Positions 30,140 to 43,055 are shown, numbered from the stretch's first letter. The stretch: 64,000 bases of DNA from an uncultured Piscirickettsiaceae bacterium (GCA_913061075.1 CAJXSK010000005.1:38089-102088); one strand, 5' to 3'. Notes: generated from the sequence alone by a model not told the origin. Numbers and translations: made by a program.

Positions 30140-31528
30140 ATGGTTACTAATCAAGATAGTCAGCAACCAATATTATTTTTTACGCAAGAACGGCAGCAGC
30201 GGCTTGATCTGATTATGCACTTGATTCCTAATAGTCGCCAGCCAGTCTTGCTAAGAGGACCCGATGCAGCCGGAAAATCATTTTTTATAGGCCAGTTTGT
30301 TAAACAAGCACCAAAGGAATGGCTTGTTTGCGCGTTAGAAGCTGATGAGTTGTTGGTTTCTGTTTTGGACTCAATAGAGTTAGCGGTCAATACTGTACAG
30401 CAGACGGATAAGGCTATTCACTCGAGACTGTCGGCGTGGAGTGATCAAGAGAAAGTGGTTGTTGCGTTGATAGAAGATGCGCAGCTTTTAGGTTCGGAAT
30501 GCGTTGAGCAATTATTCCAACTTCGCCAGGAATATAGCTGTCTAAGGTTACTCATCACATCATCTGAGAACTTAGGTGACGATGTAGAAGGGCGATGTCA
30601 ATTGATAGACCTTGAGCCTTTTACACAAAAACAAACAATTGAATACGCTAAAACAAGGGTGAGCTCGAAAGGGCTGAATTTTGTAAATTTGGCAGGCGTT
30701 GATGATGTTGTATTGTTTATTGAAACGGGCGGTCTTCCGGGTCGAATAAATGACGTGCTAGATCAAATGCAAAAAAACCCGTTGAGAGACGGAGCAATCA
30801 AAAAGCCCTCAAATAAGCTGTTCATAATGTCTGTGGTAGTTGTATCAATTGTGTTGGCTGTGTTTTTAACGTATGGGCTTTGGAGTGAAGATGTTGTCGA
30901 TGAAGGGCCAGTATTGGCGATTCCTTTAGAGAAGGACTTGGCATCTGGTGAGCACATTAAAAAAACTCACCAAGCGGAGCTAGTTAAAGCGCAGGAGAGC
31001 GCAAACGTTTTGACTAAGCCAGTTATCGTTGGTAATAAAGATAATAGGGCTGAAGAGGGCGTTGTAAAAGAAGAGGAAATAACAAAATCTCTTGCGCCTT
31101 TAATCGAGCCCTCGCTGCCAGTGATTGAAAAAGCCGTGAAACAAGTGAGCCCGCCAGACGCTGTTAAATCAATTATTACACCACCAGAACCTGACGTTAA
31201 GGTGGTTGAAAAGTTAATAAAGAAAACGCCTTTAGCGCTTCATCTTGAATGGATTAAAGCGCAGTCGCCAACAAGTTACACGCTACAGCTGATGGGCGCA
31301 TCTGAAGAAAAATCGATAAGGCAATATATAGCATCAAAAAAAGACGTTGTTGAGTTGCGTTACTTTCGGCACAAAAGAAATAATGGTGCTTGGTATACCG
31401 TCATATATGGAACCTATGCTGATAAGACCTCAGCTGAAGTAGCAGCTAAAAGCTTACCACCGCAACTTAAAAACATTAAGCCTTGGGTAAGGAGTATTGA
31501 ATCAGTTAACAAAGATTTGTTTCAATAA
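30140..31528 (+). CDS. DamX-like protein: N-terminal ExeA-type AAA domain, one TM helix, a low-complexity linker and a C-terminal SPOR domain
   Basis: Degenerate Walker A GPDAAGKS, TM FIMSVVVVSIVLAVFLTYGLW, a P/E/K/V-rich linker, and a SPOR-like end (YTLQLMGASEE...WYTVIYGTYADKTSA). It occupies the aroB-damX position. Confidence 0.7.
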   Translation: MVTNQDSQQPILFFTQERQQRLDLIMHLIPNSRQPVLLRGPDAAGKSFFIGQFVKQAPKEWLVCALEADELLVSVLDSIELAVNTVQQTDKAIHSRLSAWSDQEKVVVALIEDAQLLGSECVEQLFQLRQEYSCLRLLITSSENLGDDVEGRCQLIDLEPFTQKQTIEYAKTRVSSKGLNFVNLAGVDDVVLFIETGGLPGRINDVLDQMQKNPLRDGAIKKPSNKLFIMSVVVVSIVLAVFLTYGLWSEDVVDEGPVLAIPLEKDLASGEHIKKTHQAELVKAQESANVLTKPVIVGNKDNRAEEGVVKEEEITKSLAPLIEPSLPVIEKAVKQVSPPDAVKSIITPPEPDVKVVEKLIKKTPLALHLEWIKAQSPTSYTLQLMGASEEKSIRQYIASKKDVVELRYFRHKRNNGAWYTVIYGTYADKTSAEVAAKSLPPQLKNIKPWVRSIESVNKDLFQ

Positions 31529-31570
31529 AGGTTAGTTATACTATTGACTAAGCCTCTGCAGGACTCATGA

Positions 31571-31600
31571 TTGAAAAATAACATGCTTTTCGGCTATAAT
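31571..31600 (+). promoter_or_regulatory. Sigma70-type promoter for gltBD
   Basis: TTGAAA (31571-31576), an 18-nt spacer, then consensus TATAAT (31595-31600), about 60 nt upstream of the gltB GTG. Confidence 0.5.
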
Positions 31601-31658
31601 GTCCGGCCGTACTAAGTATGTTCGGGCTTCTTTTAGCTAACAATAATGGGTTACTTGA

Positions 31659-34600
31659 GTGAAACAAACCTCTATTCAACAAGCAGGGCTGTATGACCCT
31701 GCGTTCGAAAAAGACAGTTGTGGCTTTGGCTTAATCGCGAACATAGACGATAAGCCGAGTCACTGGTTAGTCAAAAAATCAGTCGATTCGTTGGCGCGAT
31801 TAACTCACCGTGGTGCCATTGCAGCTGATGGTAAAACGGGTGATGGTTGTGGTTTATTATTAAAAACCCCTGTTCAGTTTTTCCGCATTAAGGCTCAAGA
31901 ACAAGGCATTAAGTTGGCTGACTTGTTTGCTGTTGGTATGGTTTTTCTAAATAGTGATAAAACCTTAGCTGATCAGGCGAAAGTAGTATTACAAGAAGAG
32001 ATTGAAAAGGAAGGTCTGCCTATTTTGGGGTGGAGAATTGTGCCTACGGATATCAGTGCGTGTGGTCATCAAGCGTTAGCAACGCTACCTGGTATTGAGC
32101 AAGTGTTTGTTAATGCAAAAGAAGGCATGGACAATGCTGACTTAGATCGTCACTTATACATTGCAAGACGCCGTGCTGAAAAGAGATTACTTGGTGATGA
32201 AATGTTTTACGTGGCGAGTTTAGCGTCAAACGTTATTTCTTATAAAGGCTTGGTAATGCCTGAAAATTTACCGGTTTTTTATACAGATTTAAAAGACCCT
32301 ACATTAGAAAGTTCGCAGTGTGTGTTTCATCAACGTTTTGCGACAAATACATTCGCACAATGGCGGTTGGCGCAGCCCTTTAGATTTTTAGCCCACAATG
32401 GCGAAATCAACACAATTCAAGGCAACAGAAGTTGGGCGCAAGCACGTAGTTATACATTCGAATCTCCGCTTATTCCAAACATGGAAGATATACGCCCATG
32501 GGTATCTTCAAGCGGATCAGATTCAAACAGTTTAGATAACATGGTCGATGGTTTAATTGCTGGCGGCATGGATATTTTCCGAGTAATGCGTTTATTGGTA
32601 CCACCTGCTTGGCAAAACGTTTTTACAATGGACCCTGCATTGCGTGCGTTCTATGAATATTCTTCCATGCATATGGAGCCATGGGATGGACCTGCAGCGA
32701 TTGTATTAACGGATGGTCGCCATGTGGCGTGCTGTTTGGACCGTAATGGGTTACGCCCTGCGCGTTATGTGGTCACCAAAGATCGTCATATTACCTTGGC
32801 GTCTGAAATTGGCGTCTACGACTACAAGCCTGAAGATGTGATCCGTAAAGGTCGTCTAAAACCGGGTGAAATGTTAGCGGTCGATACGCAAGAAGGTACT
32901 ATATTAGACCCTGAAGACATTGATAATCGTTTAAAGTCTCGCCAACCCTATAAAAAATGGCTGGCTGAACACACAAAACGCTTAAGTACGACACACGATA
33001 AAGATCCATTAACGCTGTCACCCTTTGAAAAGAGTGAGCTGGCAGTCTATGAGAAGCAATATCAATTAACGTTTGAAGAGCGTGATCAAGTGCTAAAAGT
33101 GCTTGCGAAGGCGGGTCAAGAAGCAGTGGGTTCAATGGGTGATGATATTCCGATGCCCGTTCTGTCTAAAAAAATTAGAAGTCCGTATGACTACTTCCGC
33201 CAACAGTTTGCGCAGGTGACTAACCCGCCAATAGACCCATTACGTGAACAAGTTGTGATGTCGTTGATGACCAGTTTTGGCAGAGAGAAAAATTTATTTG
33301 AAGAGTCTTCAGATCACGCGCACCGGTTAGAAATAGACTCGCCTGTTTTATCAGCGACCAAGTTAGATGCATTACTTAACCATGAAGACCCTGCATATGA
33401 CAGCACTGTTATTGGCTTGCATTATGCAAAGGCGTCGATGACGTTAAAAGAAGCCATTCAGACCGTGTGCGATGACGTAGAAAAACAAGTAAAAGCCGGA
33501 AAAGTCATCATTGTATTGAGCGACCGACATGCTAAAAAAGGCCTCTTGCCTATTCATGCCTTATTTGCAACCGGTGCTGTTCATCATCATTTGGTTAAAG
33601 TTGGATTGCGATGCCAAGCGAATATTGTTGTTGAATCAGCGAGTGTTAGAGATCCCCATCATTTCGCTACCTTAATTGGCTATGGTGCTACCGCTGTTTG
33701 CCCGTACCTTGCATATGAAACACTAAAAGACATGCTTGATTCAGGTGATATTGTTGATGTGGCTGAAGATGTTATAGCGGTCAATTACCGAAAAGGTATT
33801 AACAAAGGCCTGTATAAGATTATGTCCAAAATGGGCATTTCTACTATTGCAAGTTACCGCGGTTCACAGTTGTTTGAGATAGTAGGTATGCAACGTGATA
33901 TTGTGGATCTATGTTTTAAAGGCACCATCAGTAGAATTCAAGGCGCAGGCTTTGATGAAATGGAGCAAGAGCAAGAGCAGCTGGCTAAGTTGGCGTGGAA
34001 TCCTCGTAAGCAAACGGAGCAAGGCGGTTTGTTAAAGTATATACACGGGGGTGAATTCCATGCGTATAACCCAGATGTGGTGAACTCGTTACAAGAAGCG
34101 GTTCGCTCTGGCGACATTACTAAATACCGAGTGTATGCGGATGAAGTAAACAATAGATCAGCGTCATCCATGCGAGATATGCTTAAGCTGAAATTGGATG
34201 GTAGTAAAGCTATTTCAGTTGACGACGTCGAGCCTGCTGAAGGCTTGTATAAGCGTTTCGATACAGCGGCAATGTCGTTAGGTGCCTTATCACCAGAAGC
34301 CCATGAAACACTGGCGATGGCGATGAATAGTTTAGGTGGGCGCTCAAATTCAGGTGAAGGTGGCGAAGATCCAAAACGCTTTGGTACCAATAAGCTGTCA
34401 AAAATCAAACAAGTCGCTTCAGGTCGATTTGGTGTGACGCCTCACTACCTAGTGAACGCGGAAGTGCTTCAAATTAAAGTAGCACAAGGTGCAAAACCAG
34501 GTGAAGGTGGTCAATTACCCGGTGACAAGGTGAATAAAATGATTGCGACCTTGCGGTATTCAAAACCCGGAGTGGCGCTTATTTCACCACCACCGCATCA

Positions 34601-36134
34601 TGATATTTATTCGATTGAAGATTTAGCACAGCTTATTTTTGATCTTAAACAAGTAAATCCAGATGCATTAGTGTCCGTTAAATTAGTGTCCGAAGCGGGT
34701 GTTGGCACCATTGCCGCTGGTGTGGCTAAGTGTTATGCAGACTTAATTACTATTGCGGGATACGATGGCGGCACAGGTGCAAGCCCATTAACATCTGTAC
34801 GTTATGCGGGCGCGCCGTGGGAGCTTGGCTTAACGGAAACGCATCAAATACTGTTGGCGAATGATTTGCGTGACAAGGTTCGTTTGCAAACAGACGGTGG
34901 TTTAAAAACTGGGCTAGATGTTATTAAAGCGGCGATGCTGGGTGCTGAAAGTTTTGGTTTTGGTACTGGCCCAATGGTTGCGATGGGATGTCGTTATCTG
35001 AGAATTTGTCATCTTAACAACTGTGCAACGGGCGTAGCCACTCAAGACAATGTTCTGCGACTGAAGCATTACCACGGTGAAGTGGAATATGTAATGAACT
35101 ACTTCCGGTTTCTTGCTCAAGAAGTACGTGAATGGCTGGCTAAACTGGGTTTTACAACGCTACAAGATATTATTGGCCGCACGGATTTATTGGAACTGGT
35201 TGAAGGTGATACCGCGAAACAGCGTGGGCTAAACTTACAACCTATTTTAGATCAAATACCGGGTAATGATATTAAAACCCAGCATTGCATCACGCCACAA
35301 AATGATCCGTTCGATAAAGCTGAATTGGCTGAGTTAATGATTGATGATATGCAGTCATCGATTGACGCTAAATCTGGCGGCGAGTTTAACTACCCTATTG
35401 GTAATATTGACCGTTCTATTGGCGCACGTTTATCTGGCGAAATTGCTAAAAAGTACGGTAATTTAGGTATGAGTGACGCGCCTATACAAGTAAACCTGCA
35501 AGGGTCGGCCGGTCAAAGCTTTGGTGTTTGGAATGCTGGTGGTTTAAACATGACGCTTGAGGGTGATGCTAATGATTACGTTGGTAAAGGCATGGCGGGC
35601 GGTAAGTTAGTGTTAAGAGCGCCTGAAGGCAGTGTATTTCAGAGTTCTGAAACGACTATTATGGGTAACACGTGCCTATACGGTGCTACAGGCGGAAAAT
35701 TATTTGCGTCAGGCTTAGCGGGTGAACGTTTTGCTGTAAGAAACTCGGGTGCACTCGCGGTCGTTGAAGGTATAGGCGATCACGGTTGTGAATACATGAC
35801 GGGTGGTGTTATTGCTGTATTGGGTGAAACAGGCCTTAACTTTGGCGCTGGCATGACCGGTGGTTTTGCATTTGTATTAGATGAATCACGTCAGTTTGTT
35901 GATAAATATAATCATGAGCTAATTGAAATTCATCGTGTGCACAGTGAATCAACCACAGCGCATAGAGCCTATTTAAGGCGTTTAATTGAAGAGTTTGTTA
36001 GTGAAACGGGTAGTGTGAAAGGCCAAGACATCCTCGATAACTTTGCTGATTACATACATAATTTCTGGTTAGTTAGCCCTAAAGCGGCTGATGTAAAAAC
36101 CCTATTAGATTCATTAAGCTCACAAGCAGCTTAA
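31659..36134 (+). CDS. gltB: Glutamate synthase (NADPH) large subunit
   Basis: 1491 aa. Ntn-amidotransferase Cys after a short propeptide (EKDSCGFG), then the central, FMN/3Fe-4S and C-terminal GXGXG beta-helix domains. The start codon is GTG. Confidence 0.95.
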   Translation: MKQTSIQQAGLYDPAFEKDSCGFGLIANIDDKPSHWLVKKSVDSLARLTHRGAIAADGKTGDGCGLLLKTPVQFFRIKAQEQGIKLADLFAVGMVFLNSDKTLADQAKVVLQEEIEKEGLPILGWRIVPTDISACGHQALATLPGIEQVFVNAKEGMDNADLDRHLYIARRRAEKRLLGDEMFYVASLASNVISYKGLVMPENLPVFYTDLKDPTLESSQCVFHQRFATNTFAQWRLAQPFRFLAHNGEINTIQGNRSWAQARSYTFESPLIPNMEDIRPWVSSSGSDSNSLDNMVDGLIAGGMDIFRVMRLLVPPAWQNVFTMDPALRAFYEYSSMHMEPWDGPAAIVLTDGRHVACCLDRNGLRPARYVVTKDRHITLASEIGVYDYKPEDVIRKGRLKPGEMLAVDTQEGTILDPEDIDNRLKSRQPYKKWLAEHTKRLSTTHDKDPLTLSPFEKSELAVYEKQYQLTFEERDQVLKVLAKAGQEAVGSMGDDIPMPVLSKKIRSPYDYFRQQFAQVTNPPIDPLREQVVMSLMTSFGREKNLFEESSDHAHRLEIDSPVLSATKLDALLNHEDPAYDSTVIGLHYAKASMTLKEAIQTVCDDVEKQVKAGKVIIVLSDRHAKKGLLPIHALFATGAVHHHLVKVGLRCQANIVVESASVRDPHHFATLIGYGATAVCPYLAYETLKDMLDSGDIVDVAEDVIAVNYRKGINKGLYKIMSKMGISTIASYRGSQLFEIVGMQRDIVDLCFKGTISRIQGAGFDEMEQEQEQLAKLAWNPRKQTEQGGLLKYIHGGEFHAYNPDVVNSLQEAVRSGDITKYRVYADEVNNRSASSMRDMLKLKLDGSKAISVDDVEPAEGLYKRFDTAAMSLGALSPEAHETLAMAMNSLGGRSNSGEGGEDPKRFGTNKLSKIKQVASGRFGVTPHYLVNAEVLQIKVAQGAKPGEGGQLPGDKVNKMIATLRYSKPGVALISPPPHHDIYSIEDLAQLIFDLKQVNPDALVSVKLVSEAGVGTIAAGVAKCYADLITIAGYDGGTGASPLTSVRYAGAPWELGLTETHQILLANDLRDKVRLQTDGGLKTGLDVIKAAMLGAESFGFGTGPMVAMGCRYLRICHLNNCATGVATQDNVLRLKHYHGEVEYVMNYFRFLAQEVREWLAKLGFTTLQDIIGRTDLLELVEGDTAKQRGLNLQPILDQIPGNDIKTQHCITPQNDPFDKAELAELMIDDMQSSIDAKSGGEFNYPIGNIDRSIGARLSGEIAKKYGNLGMSDAPIQVNLQGSAGQSFGVWNAGGLNMTLEGDANDYVGKGMAGGKLVLRAPEGSVFQSSETTIMGNTCLYGATGGKLFASGLAGERFAVRNSGALAVVEGIGDHGCEYMTGGVIAVLGETGLNFGAGMTGGFAFVLDESRQFVDKYNHELIEIHRVHSESTTAHRAYLRRLIEEFVSETGSVKGQDILDNFADYIHNFWLVSPKAADVKTLLDSLSSQAA

Positions 36135-36139
36135 GGTAA

Positions 36140-37567
<1,428 letters not shown>

Positions 37568-37596
37568 TCGTTCGGACTATTCAAAGAGGCACAGGC

Positions 37597-38655
37597 ATGA
37601 CGGCGTTACAAAATGATTTAATACTAAGAACACTGCGTGGTGAAAATACCGAACGCACACCCGTATGGATGATGCGCCAAGCTGGTCGCTATTTACCAGA
37701 ATACCGAGCAACTCGTGCAGAAGCGGGTAGTTTCTTAGATTTATGTAAGAATGCCGAACTGGCCTGTGAAGTGACACTTCAACCGCTTGAACGTTACCCG
37801 TTAGATGCGGCTATTTTATTTTCCGATATTCTAACCATTCCCGATGCAATGGGGTTAGGGTTGTACTTTACTGAAGGTGAAGGCCCAAAGTTTGAGCGTC
37901 CAGTGCGCACAAAAGCAGATATCGATAAACTGTTTGTACCGGACCCTAACCAAGAGCTGCAATATGTCATGAATGCCGTTTCAACCATTAAAAACGGTTT
38001 GAATGGACGTGTTCCTCTAATTGGTTTTTCTGGCAGCCCATGGACACTAGCGTGCTATATGGTTGAAGGTAGCGGCAGTAAGAATTTCGCACGTATTAAA
38101 AGAATGATGTACGACACACCCGAGTTAATGCATCAATTGCTAAAAATTGTTACTCAGTCTGTTATTTCTTATCTACAAGCGCAAATACAAGCCGGCGCAC
38201 AAATTGTGATGGTATTTGATACGTGGGGTGGCAATTTGACCACCAAAGATTACGAAACATTCTCGCTGGCTTATAGCCGGCAAATTTCAAAAGCGTTAAA
38301 AGAGTTTAATGCCGATGTACCTCGTTTGTTATTCACTAAGGGCGCAGGTACTTGGTTGGAAACGATGGCTAATGCGGGCTATGATGGTTTAGGTGTTGAT
38401 TGGACAACAGACCTTAAAGTTGCTCGCGAACTAACGAAAGACAGTGTGGTATTACAAGGTAACCTAGATCCAACAACCTTATATGCAAACCCAGAAACAA
38501 TCCGCTCGAAGGTCCGTGATGTATTAGCGGATTATGGTCATGGGCATAAGCACATCTTTAACTTAGGTCACGGGATTCTGCCAGATATTAACCCAGAGCA
38601 TGTGACTGCAATGATTGATGAAGTTCACCGATCTAGCCCAGCTTATCACCAGTAA
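37597..38655 (+). CDS. hemE: Uroporphyrinogen decarboxylase
   Basis: [16 protein letters not shown] signature and overall URO-D length (352 aa). Confidence 0.93.
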   Translation: MTALQNDLILRTLRGENTERTPVWMMRQAGRYLPEYRATRAEAGSFLDLCKNAELACEVTLQPLERYPLDAAILFSDILTIPDAMGLGLYFTEGEGPKFERPVRTKADIDKLFVPDPNQELQYVMNAVSTIKNGLNGRVPLIGFSGSPWTLACYMVEGSGSKNFARIKRMMYDTPELMHQLLKIVTQSVISYLQAQIQAGAQIVMVFDTWGGNLTTKDYETFSLAYSRQISKALKEFNADVPRLLFTKGAGTWLETMANAGYDGLGVDWTTDLKVARELTKDSVVLQGNLDPTTLYANPETIRSKVRDVLADYGHGHKHIFNLGHGILPDINPEHVTAMIDEVHRSSPAYHQ

Positions 38656-38723
38656 TTCTTACGGTAAGCCTTTAATTAACAAGGTCGGCATTATATGTTT
38701 TCTACCATTGTTGCCTACTATAG

Positions 38724-39176
38724 TTATCGCCAGCAATTAGAAGTTAAAGCCGCCGTTCTTACGCCCGATTGACTGTATGTCATAGTGCCGCATTTATCTG
38801 CTGTTTGAGCATTTTGTGGTACGGCTTGTAGCACAAAAGCTATTGACGTAGGTGCTACGGTAAAGGAGTAGTTATAGTCATCATGAACGATGCTATTATC
38901 TAATAGAGGCGTACAGCCACCCGCGGTTCCACAGGCGGGGTTAGGTGTGATGGGGTCAGTCGTTCCATTAGGAATTAGGTATGAATTGTTCTCAGTAAAC
39001 CGTCGTTCAAGAAAACTGGTTAACTCTAATAAGTCTGATTGAGCCGTGGCGCGTTTAGTAGCGCGCGTATTTTCTACATAGGCAGGGTATGCAATAGATG
39101 CCAGTATGCCAATAATAATCACGACTATCATTAGTTCTACCAAAGTAAAACCGTTATGTTTATTTATATGCTTCAT
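38724..39176 (-). CDS. pilE: Type IV minor pilin PilE
   Basis: Prepilin leader and N-methylation motif KHNGFTLVELMIVVIIIGILASIAYPAY, with a C-terminal Cys pair. It is the last gene of the minor-pilin operon. Confidence 0.8.
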   Translation of the reverse strand: MKHINKHNGFTLVELMIVVIIIGILASIAYPAYVENTRATKRATAQSDLLELTSFLERRFTENNSYLIPNGTTDPITPNPACGTAGGCTPLLDNSIVHDDYNYSFTVAPTSIAFVLQAVPQNAQTADKCGTMTYSQSGVRTAALTSNCWR

Positions 39177-39186
39177 AGCTGTAGTT

Positions 39187-39552
39187 TTAATGGTTTATTA
39201 AGTCTTGTTGGGCTTTTATATACTTATAATCTTGTTCAGTTAAAACCTTTAGTTTTTGTAGGGTATTAATCTCGCCATTGTTAATTTGTTGGTATTCAAC
39301 ATAGTTATGCTCGTCTATTTTAATTTTATTAGCAGATATTTCTCTACCAAACGAATTTATGAAATGACTATTGTCTGTGTATGCCAAGCTCATATCGTCT
39401 ATAACAATCCTGGATTCTTGCAAATAAATCGCATCAATTCTTCCATAATGTAGCAAGTTTCCCGCATCGTCTTCACTTTCATTTGCTATGGCATTTACGG
39501 AAAAAAGCATGCTTGCAAAAAATATAATTTGTATGAATTTATAAGTGCTCAT
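39187..39552 (-). CDS. Hypothetical secreted protein occupying the pilY2 position
   Basis: 121 aa with a signal peptide (FIQIIFFASMLFSVNAIA) and no pilin motif. It is tightly packed between pilY1 (37-nt gap) and pilE (10-nt gap). It looks AT-rich by eye. Confidence 0.55.
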   Translation of the reverse strand: MSTYKFIQIIFFASMLFSVNAIANESEDDAGNLLHYGRIDAIYLQESRIVIDDMSLAYTDNSHFINSFGREISANKIKIDEHNYVEYQQINNGEINTLQKLKVLTEQDYKYIKAQQDLINH

Positions 39553-39589
39553 TTTTAAGTACCAATGTCGTTAGTTAGTGATTTATGGA

Positions 39590-42500
39590 TTAGTGTAGTA
39601 ATTGTTTCCAAGACGTTCGTCTGCCTGTTGATAAGCCACCAGGAAGGGCTGTCTTGACGGGGCGTGTTGTGTTTGTACCTGAGGTATAGCCGTAATTACC
39701 AATGATTGATGTTGCAGAGGCAATGCCAAATGAAAACCGTATGCCGGCAACAGTAGAATCATTTAAATCAATTATGCCATCATTATTTGTGTCAAAGGCA
39801 TTAATTGTTGGGTTGCCACCAGTTTCAGCATCAAACGCTAAACGCCAACTGCTGCCGCCAGCGGAACATGGCGTTGATGCGGGTGTCGCGGTGTTGACAA
39901 ACACAAGTCCAAGTAGTTCGAAGGCATCAACGATCACCCTTTCTCCAGATTCAGTTAGGTCAACAAACCAACCTCTGTCAGTGCCTAAATAGCCTACGGT
40001 ATTTGCTGAAAGAGTTCTGGTGGAGGCTGTTCCTGTTAATGTTTGCTGAACTAAGTTCGAGCTTGATGCAGGGGTTCCTGAATCCCAAATCCCATAAAAA
40101 GTTTGTTGATCCGTATTGGCAGCGTCACCGGTTGAAATGTACTGGCCTGTGCCGAAATATACCATATGATTCGGAGCGTTACTTACAGTATCCGTAATCC
40201 AGCTAGGCTTAACAACCAAGGGTTTCATTGTGATGGGCTTATTTGTTCCTGTGCCGCTAATAAAGTTTGGTGATGCTGAAAAAAGCGGGGACACTGTGTT
40301 TGCAACGACCCAGCTAGAACTAGAGGTATTGCTAACATCGAAGGCCCACATGTTCCCTACGAGATCTCCAGCATAAATTCTGTCTGTTGTTCCATTGCCG
40401 TCAAGGTCAACTAGGGTAGGGGTAGATAGCCCATTTTTTATAGTGGGTGTGCCAACTAGTGTGTCGAGCTTAATGTAATCTGTACCTAGGGTCCAGGCCC
40501 CATCAATACCTTGTTCAATGAACAGTATGAAGAGCTTTGCGTTGTCGGTCCCACTAGCGTTATAGCCGTTACCAAAAACGACTGCCCATTTGTTATTGTT
40601 CATCATGGTGATTTGGGGGTCACTGTAAGTGAACCCTAGATCAGCATCATGTTGGTTTGTGAATTCCCATAAAACTGTTTCTGCCGCGGCTGTTTGATTG
40701 TTTAAAAAATTAGTAGGGTTGCTAACATCCAATGCATAATAGCCCTGACCTCCACCGCTTAGACCACCAATGAGGACAGTGCGCCAAGAAAATGGGCCAG
40801 TCGGGTTACTTCTCATGTAAACATCAGCGGCGATTGGTGAGCCGTCAACGTAGTATTTATGGCCGTAATCAGACTCAGTTAAATAGTGTAGACCATCATT
40901 TTCTAATGTTGATGCAGGTGAGCTGGGAGTGTATGCAAAAATTTCTTGACCAGTATTAGCATTGAATCCATGAAGCATGCCATCATTAGCACCTACATAA
41001 ACCATGGGTGTTCTTGGTGATGAAAGCAGTGAACCTTGATAAGTTGAATAGAGTGCATTACCGAAAGGCGAGGCATCTGGCCAATTTGAAATGGGCGGCC
41101 CAACAAAGAATGGAGCAGAGTGAATAATGTCACCTAAGCGACTAGCGCGAGTCCGAATTAACCCACCGGACCCTCCTTCATTACTCGTGTCGCCACGAAC
41201 AAAGTTCAAGCGGTTTTGGCTTAAAGTAAATGGTGTTGACTCTGTGGTTGGTGGCGTGTCTGGGTTTGTTTTAAAGTCATCAACTATTGATGCAAGTGGT
41301 TTAGGGTTTGTTGTTTGCCAATTGAATAAAGTACCATCGAGGCTGCCGCTTGAATCGTTGCCCCAGGTATAAATAACACGATTATTTATCATGTCAGCAT
41401 CAGTTCTAGCGTCTAGTTGGTTGGCTGCATTCCATATAGTACTCGTGGATAGATTGCCCGTATTAGGGTCAATACCAAATGCTTCTAGATTGCCTTTCCA
41501 GTCTGTGGTATCAAAACTTGCAAAGAATAGCGCGCTATTTGAAGATAATGATGTGCTGTTAAATGAAACAGCAGCAGCACTACCTTGACGAGATTCAATA
41601 TCAGAAATTACGTTTTGAAGTGCAACGACTAATGTTTGAGGGTTGCTGGCGGAGAGGAATAACCCTCGGCCATTATAGCTAGCATGTCGTAAATCATCCA
41701 CAGTTGTACTGGCATTTGCAGATGGCGCAGGCCAGGTGAAGGCGGCAGTTCGGTCTGTTGGGCTGGCACTTAAGGTACCAGATGGACCAAATGCAACACC
41801 AAATGTTACTAAGTGTTGTTGATTATTCTCATCGAGATTTTGAGTAGCTGCCCCAGTTTGTATGGCTACTTTACCTGTTAAAGATGTCGCCAAATCCGTT
41901 TTATACCACTTCATTGCAATATCACCTAAGGTGTCAGCAGTATTGTCACTATGAGCTGGGTAAACAAAGTTATTGTCTACAGTTTGGTCTTGGTGGCCGA
42001 CACTAGAGCTACCATTCCACTGTCCATCAGTCATTAACATTGCAAAGTTTTGTTGGCACTCGCCTCCGCCAGCGGCAGAAAGGATGGGGCTTGAAGGTGA
42101 GCCAATGTTAAGCCCTGATGGTGTGCCGCTAGACTTGTCAAAATATTGACCCACCCAATCAAGCCGTGATCTTAATGGTGTGCCGCCACCAGAGTTGAAA
42201 TTAACCACGTCATCAAGTAGCGCTGTTTTATTCGCGGGTATCGACATATCTGTTACCTCAGTGCCAACGCTATTGTTACCGTGCAATGTTGCCATGCCCA
42301 CTCTGGCACTGGTTGTTGCAACCACTTGGGTAACAGCGGCTTTTGTTGCATGTTCCCTAATTCGGTAATATGAAAACCAGTTTGCAAAGTTAGTTCGTTC
42401 CGCAACGCCGTCATTATTGGTGTCAGTTGTTGGTAGAGAATCTGCCCGCTGTACACGAGGGTCTGTATAACCAGTGGTAGCATCACCACCGGGGCATTCG

Positions 42501-43039
42501 CCAGGGTCATACGTGCCATTTAGGTTGGTATCCGTCCATGTCACAACGGGTGCAGCAGAAAGGTTAATAATGGCATTGTTATGGCCTTCGACTACGTTGT
42601 TTTCCCCACTTTGAAAACGAATGCTGCTTCCAGAAACTAAAGGGTTAACCCAGACATTAGTAATGTCCGTCATATCAGGGAAAGGTGTAGATGTTCCTGG
42701 CTTGTTGGCCGCCCATGGTTTGTATGTGATAGTTGGGTCGTAGGCCATTAAATTAGCGCCAGGGCACCATTGACGCCATTCTTTATTGTCATCTGGTATC
42801 GTGTCATATTCATTGAGCTCGATAATTGCTGAGCTACCTACACCATCTGTCGGCATAGACCAATGCATGCTGCCGGAGTCATCCAGCATAAAAAATATAT
42901 TTGGCGGCACTTGAGCAGCTACAAAAAGGGGGATATTGCTAAGGGTGCCTGGCGCGGCCTGAACTGGTGAAAGCGCGACTAAAGAAATACAGGCCGTAAA
43001 AACAGTTGAATAGAGTGTTTTTAGAGTTAAATGCTTCAT
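39590..43039 (-). CDS. pilY1: Type IV pilus tip-associated adhesin/biogenesis factor PilY1 (N-terminal vWA domain plus C-terminal beta-propeller)
   Basis: 1149 aa with a signal peptide, MIDAS-like DDSGSM (42866-42883), PilY1 Ca-binding loop DLDGNGTTDRIYAGDLVGNMWAF (loop at 40382-40408), and a second EF-hand-like DTNNDGIIDLND (39758-39793). Confidence 0.88.
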   Translation of the reverse strand: MKHLTLKTLYSTVFTACISLVALSPVQAAPGTLSNIPLFVAAQVPPNIFFMLDDSGSMHWSMPTDGVGSSAIIELNEYDTIPDDNKEWRQWCPGANLMAYDPTITYKPWAANKPGTSTPFPDMTDITNVWVNPLVSGSSIRFQSGENNVVEGHNNAIINLSAAPVVTWTDTNLNGTYDPGECPGGDATTGYTDPRVQRADSLPTTDTNNDGVAERTNFANWFSYYRIREHATKAAVTQVVATTSARVGMATLHGNNSVGTEVTDMSIPANKTALLDDVVNFNSGGGTPLRSRLDWVGQYFDKSSGTPSGLNIGSPSSPILSAAGGGECQQNFAMLMTDGQWNGSSSVGHQDQTVDNNFVYPAHSDNTADTLGDIAMKWYKTDLATSLTGKVAIQTGAATQNLDENNQQHLVTFGVAFGPSGTLSASPTDRTAAFTWPAPSANASTTVDDLRHASYNGRGLFLSASNPQTLVVALQNVISDIESRQGSAAAVSFNSTSLSSNSALFFASFDTTDWKGNLEAFGIDPNTGNLSTSTIWNAANQLDARTDADMINNRVIYTWGNDSSGSLDGTLFNWQTTNPKPLASIVDDFKTNPDTPPTTESTPFTLSQNRLNFVRGDTSNEGGSGGLIRTRASRLGDIIHSAPFFVGPPISNWPDASPFGNALYSTYQGSLLSSPRTPMVYVGANDGMLHGFNANTGQEIFAYTPSSPASTLENDGLHYLTESDYGHKYYVDGSPIAADVYMRSNPTGPFSWRTVLIGGLSGGGQGYYALDVSNPTNFLNNQTAAAETVLWEFTNQHDADLGFTYSDPQITMMNNNKWAVVFGNGYNASGTDNAKLFILFIEQGIDGAWTLGTDYIKLDTLVGTPTIKNGLSTPTLVDLDGNGTTDRIYAGDLVGNMWAFDVSNTSSSSWVVANTVSPLFSASPNFISGTGTNKPITMKPLVVKPSWITDTVSNAPNHMVYFGTGQYISTGDAANTDQQTFYGIWDSGTPASSSNLVQQTLTGTASTRTLSANTVGYLGTDRGWFVDLTESGERVIVDAFELLGLVFVNTATPASTPCSAGGSSWRLAFDAETGGNPTINAFDTNNDGIIDLNDSTVAGIRFSFGIASATSIIGNYGYTSGTNTTRPVKTALPGGLSTGRRTSWKQLLH

Positions 43040-43055
43040 ATGCTATAGTCCTTAC

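Noticed and set aside
33938-34408. Antisense ORFs inside gltB (33938-34408, 156 aa), gltD (36334-36879, 181 aa), asmA (56257-56748, 163 aa) and pilY1 (several of 60-96 aa).
   Set aside because: All are embedded opposite well-supported genes, have low-complexity or compositionally odd products, and lack recognisable domains. I treat them as shadow ORFs.
38656-38723. The convergent hemE/pilE gap, inspected for a terminator or small RNA.
   Set aside because: I could find no convincing stem-loop or T-run by eye. Nothing is supportable.
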